Shown here in pieces: positions 35,986 to 43,818 of a stretch of 64,000 nucleotides of DNA. The notes under the pieces are model-generated. The model was not told the DNA's origin. It made no database searches and worked only from the letters and a program-made list of their open reading frames with translations. This stretch comes from Candidatus Marinacidobacterium sp. GTDB taxonomy: Bacteria; Acidobacteriota; Vicinamibacteria; Marinacidobacterales; Marinacidobacteraceae. Each line of letters begins with the position of its first letter. The stretch's first letter is position 1. Location: assembly GCA_965220965.1 (NCBI GenBank), contig OZ244852.1, positions 64,001 through 128,000 of the forward strand. Reading direction: 5' to 3'. The position numbers and the translations under genes are program-made.

Positions 35986-38898
35986 TCAGCCGCCGGCTGG
36001 CGAGCGGTCCGGGCGGCCGTTGGTCCCGGGCGTCAGGAACTGGGCGAGGTACTGCGCCGGGTGGAGGGCGCGGCGCCCGGTCGCGTCGAGGATCTGGTGC
36101 CGGCACGACGTGCCGCCGGCGATCACGTTCTGTCCGCTCTCCAGCGCGTTCACCGCCGGGAACAGGCGTCGCTCCCCGATCCGGAGCGAGATCTCGTAGT
36201 GGTCGCGGGTGTAGCCGAAGCTGCCCGCCATGCCGCAGCATCCGGAGTCCACCACCGAGACCCGGCCGCCGGGGGCGCGGAGGACGGCGGCGAGCGGTCC
36301 GGTCCCGCAGAAGGTCTTCTGGTGGCAATGGCCATGCGCGAGGGCCTCCTCGCCTGACGCCCGCCCGTTCGTGACCCGGGCGACCTCCTCGAGGTCGCTC
36401 TCGAGAAACTCCTCGAACAGGACCGCCGAATCGCGGATGCGCCGGGCCGCGTCGCCGTCGGGCCCGGGGACCAGTTCCCCGAACTCGTCCCGGAAGGTGA
36501 GCAGGCACGACGGTTCGAGGCCCACGATGGGGAGGCCCGCCGACGCGAATTCGTCGAGCGCCTTCACGCTGCGGCGGGCCAGTCTCCGGGCCCGGTCGAG
36601 CATGCCCCGCGAGATCGCCGGCCGACCGCAGCAGACCGCCGGGGTGAGACGCACCTCGTAGCCGAGCGCCCACAGCACCCGGCAGGCGGCGGCGCCGACC
36701 TCGGGCTCGAAGTGGTTCGTGAAGGTGTCGGGGAAGAGCGCGACCGCGCCTCGGGGCCGGGTCGGCTGGCCGGCGCTCCCGTGTTGGCGGAACCAGCGCT
36801 CGAACGTCCGCCGCGCCATCTGCGGCAGGCTCCGGCGGGGATCGAGGTCGGCGATCCGGCCCAGGATCCCCTTGGCCAATCCGGTGCGTTCGGCGACCCG
36901 CGCCAGCGGTCCGAGCCTTCGCCCCCACCGGGCGAGCCGGTCGGGGGCCCCGAACACCGCATCGCTCGCCGGGCGCCGCCGCGTGCGGTAGGCGTGGTGG
37001 AGGAAGTCGCTCCTGAGCCGCGCCATGTCCACGCCCGAGGGGCACTCCGCCTTGCAGGCCTTGCAGGCGAGGCAGAGGTCGAGCGCGCCGAGGATCCGGT
37101 CCTCGGACTCCCGTCCGGGGGCGAGCCGTCCGTCGAGGAGCGCCCGCAGCAGGTTGGCCCGGCCGCGGGTGGAATGCTCCTCGTCGCGGGTCACCATGAA
37201 CGAGGGGCACATCACGCCGGTGAGGTCCTTCCGGCAGACGCCGGCTCCGTTGCAGAGCTCGACCGCCCGGGCGAACCCGTTCTCGCGCGGATACGGGAAC
37301 ACCACCGGGAGTTCGGTCGCCTGGTAGTCGGCGCCGTAGCGCAGGTTGTCGGTCATCGCCGGGGCGTCCACCACCTTGCCCGGGTTCATGAGCCCGTCGG
37401 GATCGAAGGCGGCCTTGAGCCGTCGGAACGCCTCGTAGACCCGGGGCCCGAACACCTGCTCGTTGAAGTGGCTGCGCGCCAGCCCGTCGCCGTGCTCGCC
37501 GCTCATGGCGCCGCCGAAGTCCAGCACCAGGTCGCAGATCTCGCGGGCCAGCTCGTCCATCTTCCGCACTTCGGCGGCGTCCTTCAGGTCGATCAGCGGG
37601 CGGATGTGGAGGCAGCCGGCCCCGGCGTGGGCGTAAAAGCAGCTCTCGGTGTTGCGTCCGGCGAGGATCTCCTCGAATCTGCGGATGAACTCGGGGAGGC
37701 GCTCGGGCGCGACCGCGGTGTCCTCCACGAAGGCGATCGGCTTGCGGTCCCCGGGCAGGCTGAGCAGCAGCGGCAGCGCCGACTTGCGGATCGCCCACAC
37801 GTTCTTCTGCTCCGCCGGGTCCATGATCCGCAGCATCGGCTGGCCGCGCCGTCCCATCCGCCGCTCCAGCCGGTCGAACCGGTCGATCACCTCGCCGTCG
37901 CTCTCGCCCGCGAACTCGATCAGGATGAGGGCCTCGGGCTCGCCCTCGACGAAATGGAGCCGCCGGGAGTACTCGAGCGATTCGCGGGCCAGCCGCAGCA
38001 CCATCCGGTCGACCAGCTCGACGCAGGTGGGCTGGAGCTCGAGCGCTTCCACCCCGGCCTCGAGCGCCGGGAGCATCCCCTCGAAGTGGAGCACCGCGAG
38101 CCCGGTCCGCCGGGGCAGGCGGTGGAGCTGCACCCGCGCCTCCACGACGGTTCCGAGCGTCCCCTCGGACCCCACGACCAGCCCGGCGAGGTTCACGCCG
38201 GCGGGGTCGAGGAGGAGATCCAGGTTGTACCCCGACACCCGACGCGGAATCCGCGGAAAGCGCTCGCGCACATCGTCCCGGTAGCCCTCGCGCAGCGCCA
38301 GAACCTCCCGCAGGATCCGCCCGAGCGCCCCGCCGCCGCGGGCGCGCCGGCGCAGGTCGTCCCACGACATCCACGCAAGCCGCTCCACGCTCCCGTCGGC
38401 CAGCACCACGGTGGCGTCGATCACGTTCTCGACGGTCTTTCCGTAGACCAGCGAACGCGACCCGGCGGAGTTGTTCCCGATCATGCCGCCGAGGTTGGCG
38501 CGGTTCGAGGTGGAGGTCTCGGGACCGAACCGGAGCCCGTAGGGGGCCAGCTCGGCGGCGAAGGCGTCCTGCACCAGCCCGGGCTGGATCCGCGCCCACA
38601 GCTCCTCCCGGTTCACCTCGAGCACCCGCCGGAAGTGGACCGAGAGATCCATCACCACCGCTTCGCCGACGGCCTGGCCGGCGAGCGAGGTGCCTCCGCC
38701 CCGGGGCAGGAGCGGGGCCCCGGCGTCCGCCGCCGCGCGCACCGTCTCGACGACGTCCACGGTGTGGCGGGGGATCACGACGCCCAGCGGCTCGACCTGG
38801 TAGATGCTGGCGTCGGTCGAGTAGAGGATGCGGGTCGCCCGGTCGAAGCGCACCTCGCCCTCGATCCGCGCTGCGATTTCGCGCGCCAGCGCCGTCAT
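35986..38898 (-). CDS. FAD-binding and Fe-S/CCG-domain oxidoreductase (YdiJ-like)
   Basis: YSTDASIY, RGGGTSLAGQ, GSEGTLG, SGEHGDG, CLACKACKAECP, CCGMAGSFG. Confidence 0.88.
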   Translation of the reverse strand: MTALAREIAARIEGEVRFDRATRILYSTDASIYQVEPLGVVIPRHTVDVVETVRAAADAGAPLLPRGGGTSLAGQAVGEAVVMDLSVHFRRVLEVNREELWARIQPGLVQDAFAAELAPYGLRFGPETSTSNRANLGGMIGNNSAGSRSLVYGKTVENVIDATVVLADGSVERLAWMSWDDLRRRARGGGALGRILREVLALREGYRDDVRERFPRIPRRVSGYNLDLLLDPAGVNLAGLVVGSEGTLGTVVEARVQLHRLPRRTGLAVLHFEGMLPALEAGVEALELQPTCVELVDRMVLRLARESLEYSRRLHFVEGEPEALILIEFAGESDGEVIDRFDRLERRMGRRGQPMLRIMDPAEQKNVWAIRKSALPLLLSLPGDRKPIAFVEDTAVAPERLPEFIRRFEEILAGRNTESCFYAHAGAGCLHIRPLIDLKDAAEVRKMDELAREICDLVLDFGGAMSGEHGDGLARSHFNEQVFGPRVYEAFRRLKAAFDPDGLMNPGKVVDAPAMTDNLRYGADYQATELPVVFPYPRENGFARAVELCNGAGVCRKDLTGVMCPSFMVTRDEEHSTRGRANLLRALLDGRLAPGRESEDRILGALDLCLACKACKAECPSGVDMARLRSDFLHHAYRTRRRPASDAVFGAPDRLARWGRRLGPLARVAERTGLAKGILGRIADLDPRRSLPQMARRTFERWFRQHGSAGQPTRPRGAVALFPDTFTNHFEPEVGAAACRVLWALGYEVRLTPAVCCGRPAISRGMLDRARRLARRSVKALDEFASAGLPIVGLEPSCLLTFRDEFGELVPGPDGDAARRIRDSAVLFEEFLESDLEEVARVTNGRASGEEALAHGHCHQKTFCGTGPLAAVLRAPGGRVSVVDSGCCGMAGSFGYTRDHYEISLRIGERRLFPAVNALESGQNVIAGGTSCRHQILDATGRRALHPAQYLAQFLTPGTNGRPDRSPAGG

Positions 38899-39024
38899 GT
38901 CGCGGGCGAGGATATCCCGCATCCGGGCCGTTTCCGGCGTCCTCCGCGAGGGCCGGAGCGGCCGTCCATGCGCAAGAATGGAGGGTCAGCCAAAGGGGTC
39001 GGTCTTCCGGGCGAGGCCGCTGGC

Positions 39025-41106
39025 ATGGCGCTTCGATCGTTTCTCTCGTTTGACGAACTCCGCGAGGGGATGGTCCCCGACGCGGTCCCCGGGGAGCGGG
39101 CCCGCGAAGTCCTGCGGGTGGCGGCCGAGCTTCACGCCGGGGACGGCCCGGCGGTCGCCCGCGCCTGCCGGGCCTCGCTGCTGGACTGGCTGGGCGACCG
39201 GATGCCCGGGCCGCTCCCTCCCGAGGCCGCCGGCTCCGGGAATTTCTCCGTTCGCTCGGGGCGTTACTTTCTCGAAGGAGCGCGGGTGCGGCGCGACGGG
39301 GATGAGGTCCGGGCGCTTCGCCTCGCCGAACCTGTCGGCAAGGGGCCCAGGAGCTTCCGCGTCACCGAGCTGGGCCTCCGCGAGGCGGCGGGGCGCTTTC
39401 CCGAGTTCCGCCTGCGGCTGCTCGCCGACGTCCGGGGGCCGTCCCCCGACACTGGCCCTCGGGTTCCGGACATCGTCGGCAAGCTGGCGTCGGTGTTCGA
39501 CATGCGCTGTGGAAACCGGCGGATCTCGACCGATCCGCTTCTGGTGGACTCCGAACCCGCCGCGAAGCGGCTCGCGGAGGAGCTCCTGTCTCCCCAGCGG
39601 TCGCTCCCCTATCTCGCGCTCAGCGTGCCGGAGAACGCCGAGGATCCCACCCGTCCGCTCCTCGATCCGGTGGCGATGTCGCGCGCCACGGCCGGCCTCG
39701 CCGTCGTGGTCGTCGTCCCGCACGAGGCCACCTGGGCGCTGACCCGGATCTTCGGGGATCGCCGGCTCTCGGTCTATCTCGGGGCGGCGCGCCTCTACCT
39801 GCCGGGATTCCGCCTGGACGGGGATCCGCGCGAGCATCGCCTCATCCTCGGCGACTGGATGGAGAAGCCGGGCGGGCTCGCGTCGAGTCGCGACGACCTC
39901 CTGCGACAGATCGCGCGGCGCAGCGTGACGGGCGACGGCGAATGGACCTTCGCCCGGCTTCGAACGCTCGCCCGGGAGGAGCGCGAGGAGTCCGGCGCCG
40001 CGGTGGAATCGGACTCGACTCCCGACCTCGAGTCCCCCCCGGAGTCGTTCGTGTCCGTCTCCGCCGCGGCGCCCGCCGCGGAGAAGGCCTCTGGCGAGGG
40101 CCCGACGGCCGCTGCCGAATCGCCGGTCGTCCCCGATTCCCCGGATGCGCCCCCGGCTTCGGAGGCGAGGCCGGCGCCCGCGGACGCCCCGGACGAGGAG
40201 ACGGCGGAGGTCGCCGCCGCTCCGGCCCAGGAGGTGGTGGCCGGGAGGGAAACCGGCCCGCCCGCTACGGGAGGTGACGCCGGCGTGAGCCCGGCGGCCT
40301 CCGCTCCGCCTCTTGCGGATCCCGAGACCCCGGCCCCGGAGGCGCCCGCCGCGCCGCCGCGGTCGACGCCCTGGTGGCGGAGGGTCGTCCTTGCGCTGCG
40401 CGGCCTCCCCGATCCGGCGGTCGACGCCCGCCACGCCGCGGAGCGCGACGCCTGGCTGCGTGAACTCGAGGAAGCCCGCGAGCGTCTGCGCCGGGTCGAG
40501 GAGCGGGCGGACCGGTCCGAGACGAAGCTCGGTCGACTGGAGGAAGAGAAGGACGAGCTCGAAGGCGAATGGGAGGATGCCGAGCGGCGGGTGGATGCGG
40601 CCCTCCAGGAGCGCGATCTCGCGGTGCGCGAGGTTCAGGAGCTCCTCGAGCTGCTGGACGCTCGCGGGCTCTCGCCCCCCGCATCGGACGAGCTTCCGGA
40701 GACCTGGGCCGCGTTCGGCGCCTGGTGCGAGCGCGAGCTCACCGGGCGGGTGCGGTTGATGCCCCGCGCCCGGCGCGAGATCAAGCGCGCCCGCTTCGCC
40801 GATGTCCGCCTCGCCGCGCGCTGCCTTCGCTGGCTCGGCGGCGAGTACCGGAGACTGCGGCTCGAGACCTCCGGGCTGGGGCTGCGCGGGCGCGTGGAAA
40901 ACGGCGTCCACAACCAGCAGTGCGGCGGCGACGCCTTTCCCGTCAAGTGGCGCGGCAAACACCAGAAGGTCGACTGGCACATCAAGAGCGGCGGATCCAC
41001 CCACGACCCGACCCGTTGCCTGCGGATCTACTACTTCTGGGATCCGGCCTCCGACGAGGTCGTCATCGCCTCGATGCCCGCCCACATCCGGACCGACGCG
41101 ACCTGA
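39025..41106 (+). CDS. Large hypothetical protein: globular N-domain, Pro/Ala/Glu linker, coiled coil, putative RelE-like C-terminal domain
   Basis: 3' part of ORF 36712..41106; ends WHIKSGG.THDPTRCLRIYYFWD..EVVIASMPAH; start uncertain. Confidence 0.7.
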   Translation: MALRSFLSFDELREGMVPDAVPGERAREVLRVAAELHAGDGPAVARACRASLLDWLGDRMPGPLPPEAAGSGNFSVRSGRYFLEGARVRRDGDEVRALRLAEPVGKGPRSFRVTELGLREAAGRFPEFRLRLLADVRGPSPDTGPRVPDIVGKLASVFDMRCGNRRISTDPLLVDSEPAAKRLAEELLSPQRSLPYLALSVPENAEDPTRPLLDPVAMSRATAGLAVVVVVPHEATWALTRIFGDRRLSVYLGAARLYLPGFRLDGDPREHRLILGDWMEKPGGLASSRDDLLRQIARRSVTGDGEWTFARLRTLAREEREESGAAVESDSTPDLESPPESFVSVSAAAPAAEKASGEGPTAAAESPVVPDSPDAPPASEARPAPADAPDEETAEVAAAPAQEVVAGRETGPPATGGDAGVSPAASAPPLADPETPAPEAPAAPPRSTPWWRRVVLALRGLPDPAVDARHAAERDAWLRELEEARERLRRVEERADRSETKLGRLEEEKDELEGEWEDAERRVDAALQERDLAVREVQELLELLDARGLSPPASDELPETWAAFGAWCERELTGRVRLMPRARREIKRARFADVRLAARCLRWLGGEYRRLRLETSGLGLRGRVENGVHNQQCGGDAFPVKWRGKHQKVDWHIKSGGSTHDPTRCLRIYYFWDPASDEVVIASMPAHIRTDAT

Positions 41107-41113
41107 AGGCGCC

Positions 41114-41155
41114 CTTCGTCAACTGTTGTTGACGCTTCGTCAACCGGCGTTGACG
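41114..41155. repeat. Two tandem 21-bp units, each containing the palindrome CGTCAAC-N4-GTTGACG
   Basis: cttcgtcaacTGTTgttgacg followed by cttcgtcaacCGGCgttgacg. Confidence 0.85.
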
Positions 41156-41286
41156 CCCTCGGGCGAAACGGGTGGCGGAATCCCGCGGCAGGAGTCGCGG
41201 AGCGACACGCGAGCGGGGTCCGGAAATCACAGCTCTTCAAAGACTTACGGGCGAGTCCATCCCGACCGCGGGAGGACTGGAGGTTC

Positions 41287-41301
41287 TGGCGCGCCGCTTG
41301 C
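41287..41301 (+). promoter_or_regulatory. sigma54 -24/-12 promoter
   Basis: TGGCGCGCCGCTTGC matches TGGC-N7-TTGC, about 90 nt before the comEA start. Confidence 0.7.
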
Positions 41302-41393
41302 CTTACTGACGCCGCCGCCGACGTCCCGTTCCGACGGGCCAACGGACGGTGACCTTGCGCTCAACGACGGTTCTTCTGCTTCAGGAGGCGCTC

Positions 41394-41801
41394 ATGAACC
41401 CGTTCCGCAATCCCCACCGGCCCCGGCTCCGGGCCCTCGCCGCGGCGTCCCTCGCCGCCTTTCTCCTTCCTGGCGCGCTCCTCGCCGCGCAGCCCGAGGA
41501 GCCGATCGACATCAACACCGCCAGCGTCGAGGAACTCACCCGGCTTCCCCGGATCGGCGAAGTGACCGCCACCCGTATCGTGGAGTGGCGCGAGGAAAAC
41601 GGCCCCTTCACCCGCGTCGAGGAGCTGCTGAACGTCCAGGGCATCGGGGAGCGCACCTTCGAGCGCATCCGGCCTCACGTGAAGGTGGACTCCGACGATC
41701 GCGCCGGAGCGGCGCATCCGCCGGGTCTCCTGCGGGAGTCCGGCCGGCTCCGGGAGGCCGGATCCGGTGCGGAGCGGCGCGGTGGCGCCGGTTCCGCCTG
41801 A
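41394..41801 (+). CDS. comEA: ComEA family helix-hairpin-helix DNA-binding protein
   Basis: Signal peptide; IDINTASVEELTRLPRIG..A.RIV..R..NGPF..VEEL.NVQGIG; AGGAGG RBS. Confidence 0.88.
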   Translation: MNPFRNPHRPRLRALAAASLAAFLLPGALLAAQPEEPIDINTASVEELTRLPRIGEVTATRIVEWREENGPFTRVEELLNVQGIGERTFERIRPHVKVDSDDRAGAAHPPGLLRESGRLREAGSGAERRGGAGSA

Positions 41802-42441
41802 GCGCCACGCCGGGAGACCCGAGGGGAGGGATCCGGGCGGCGGCGCATGCCCCCGCCGGGGTTTCTCGCTGACCGAACTCCTGGTCGTGGCGGCCTTCGC
41901 GGCGGTCGTCGGCGCGATGGCCGTTCCCTGGGTCTCCGGCCAGCTCCGGGTTCATCGGGTGCGCAGCGCCGCGTTCGCGCTGCGCACCGAGCTTCACCGG
42001 GCCCGGACCGCGGCCGCCTCGGGCGCAGCGAACGTCGCGGTCGTGTTCGATGCTCCGGCGCCCGGGGGAGAACTACCCGACCTGGAGTCCGACCTCCGGG
42101 ACTCGCCCTGGATCGCGATGTACCAGGACGCGAACCACAACGGCGTCCGGCGCGCCGAGATCGCTTCGGGGACCGAGCGGCTGCTCGGGAACCCGTGGCG
42201 CCTCGAGGAGAGGTTCCCCGGCGTCCGCTGGGGCGCTCCGGCCGCCGGGATCGGGGGAGACGAGCTCCCCGGGATCGCCGTCGGGGCCGCGGGGATGGTG
42301 TCCTTCTCCCCGCTGGGCGCGTCCGGCGCCGGCCGGATCACGGTGAGCGGTGAGGGGATCGTCTACTCCGTGGTCATCCACGGCGCCAGCTCGCGAATCC
42401 GGGTGGAGCGCCGCCTGGGAGACGTCTGGGTCCGCGAGTGA
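41767..42441 (+). CDS. FimT/GspH-like minor pilin
   Basis: G|FSLTELLVV, ELHRARTAA, YQDANHNG, VSFSPLG; start uncertain. Confidence 0.78.
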   Translation: MRSGAVAPVPPERHAGRPEGRDPGGGACPRRGFSLTELLVVAAFAAVVGAMAVPWVSGQLRVHRVRSAAFALRTELHRARTAAASGAANVAVVFDAPAPGGELPDLESDLRDSPWIAMYQDANHNGVRRAEIASGTERLLGNPWRLEERFPGVRWGAPAAGIGGDELPGIAVGAAGMVSFSPLGASGAGRITVSGEGIVYSVVIHGASSRIRVERRLGDVWVRE

Positions 42442-42494
42442 CGTGGGCCCGGGGAAGGGACGCCGCTTCAGCAGGCGGCGCTCTCCGGCCTCGA

Positions 42495-43778
42495 CTACTG
42501 GCCGACCCAGCCGGCGCTCAGACCCTCCCGGTCCACGCGCTCGCCGCGGAGGTAGACCGCCTCGATCCGGCGGGTGTTCATGATGTCCGCGAGCGGGTCG
42601 GCCTCGAGCACCACGAAGTCCGCCGACTTCCCGGCCTCGATCGTCCCGACTTCATCGCCGCGACCCAGGAACTCGGCCGCGAGCCCCGTCGAGGCGACCA
42701 GGACATCGTGCGGGCTCATGCCGGCCTCCACCATGTCGCGCATCTCGATGTGGGGCCGGTAACCGCCGTTCCCGTCGGTTCCCATGACGATCTTCATCCC
42801 GGCTTCGTGGAGCCGGACCAGATTCCGCGCCTGGATCGCGAACGCCTCGTGGATCTCCGGGCGTTCCTGGTACTGCCCCTGGAGCGCTTCCAGCTCGTCG
42901 GCGGGGATCGTCCCCGACAGCCACGAGACATCCTCGTGGGCGCCGCGGCTTCCCAGGTTCGCCATGAGCGTGACGTCCGGCTGCTCCTGGACCATGGTCA
43001 CGAACTCGTCGTCCACGTCCATGTCGCGGACGCTGTGGGCGAAGGCGTCGACGCCGGCTTCGAGGAGCCCCTTGGCGTCCTCGAGGTCGAAGATGTGGGC
43101 CGCCACCCGCAGGCCGTGCGCGTGCGCCTCCTCGATCGCCGGTCCGTAGATTTCGGGGGTCAGCTTCTCGTACTGCCCGTTCCGGTCGTCCACCCAGAGC
43201 TTGACGATGTCCACGCCCTGCGCCGCCAGTTCCCGGACGGCCTCCCGGGCTTCCTCGGGGGTGTCGATCCAGTACGGGACCTCGGAGCGGCCGGGCTCCG
43301 GCCGGGTGATGCCGCGCCCGGCGGTCATCGAGCGCGCCGCGCCGGGGATCGTGAGATCCCGCACCTCGAAGGCGGTGTCCTCGCCGTCGTGCCCGAGGCT
43401 CAGTCCCAGCCCCACGCCGTAGTAGGCGCGGCGGTGGAGGTCGTCCACCAGCTCCTCCCGGGGAACCCGGAAGTGCACGTGGGTGTCCACCAGCGCCGGG
43501 ATCACGAAGCGCCCCGAGAGGTCCACCCGTTCGGCGCCGTCGGGCGCGGTCACGGCCGATGCCGGTCCCGCCGCGGTGATCACGCCGCCGTCGACCACGA
43601 TCACCGCGTCGGCGATCGGATCGCTGCCGTCGCCGATGATGAGCTGCGCCCCCTCGTAGGCGACGGCGGTCGAGGCGGGGGCCTCCGGCGCGCCGCCACA
43701 TCCGGCGATCACGGCGGCGCCCAGGGCCGTCAGGGCGAGGCCGCGGAATCTGCAAAGCGTGTTGTGACGTGAGTTCAT
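42495..43778 (-). CDS. Metal-dependent amidohydrolase family lipoprotein
   Basis: Lipobox VIAG|C, DTHVH, AAHI, FAHS, MGTDG, GTIEAGKSADFVVL. Confidence 0.85.
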   Translation of the reverse strand: MNSRHNTLCRFRGLALTALGAAVIAGCGGAPEAPASTAVAYEGAQLIIGDGSDPIADAVIVVDGGVITAAGPASAVTAPDGAERVDLSGRFVIPALVDTHVHFRVPREELVDDLHRRAYYGVGLGLSLGHDGEDTAFEVRDLTIPGAARSMTAGRGITRPEPGRSEVPYWIDTPEEAREAVRELAAQGVDIVKLWVDDRNGQYEKLTPEIYGPAIEEAHAHGLRVAAHIFDLEDAKGLLEAGVDAFAHSVRDMDVDDEFVTMVQEQPDVTLMANLGSRGAHEDVSWLSGTIPADELEALQGQYQERPEIHEAFAIQARNLVRLHEAGMKIVMGTDGNGGYRPHIEMRDMVEAGMSPHDVLVASTGLAAEFLGRGDEVGTIEAGKSADFVVLEADPLADIMNTRRIEAVYLRGERVDREGLSAGWVGQ

Positions 43779-43818
43779 TGAAAGTCTCTCCGCAGGGTGG
43801 ACCGGAGGCCGCCCCGAG

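Noticed and set aside
35968-35990. tmRNA (ssrA) next to smpB
   Set aside because: No room and no GGGG...CCACCA tRNA-like ends; not found anywhere in the window
36712-39024. 5' part of the 1464-aa plus-strand ORF
   Set aside because: It is the antisense shadow of the FAD/Fe-S oxidoreductase; only the part from about 39025 looks like a real protein
41114-41155. Mini-CRISPR or FNR box
   Set aside because: Only two adjacent units with no spacers or cas genes; the junction TTGAC-N5-GTCAA has the wrong spacing for FNR
41156-41225. c-di-GMP riboswitch upstream of comEA
   Set aside because: GGCGAAA and small hairpins are present, but I could not match the GEMM-I or class II core
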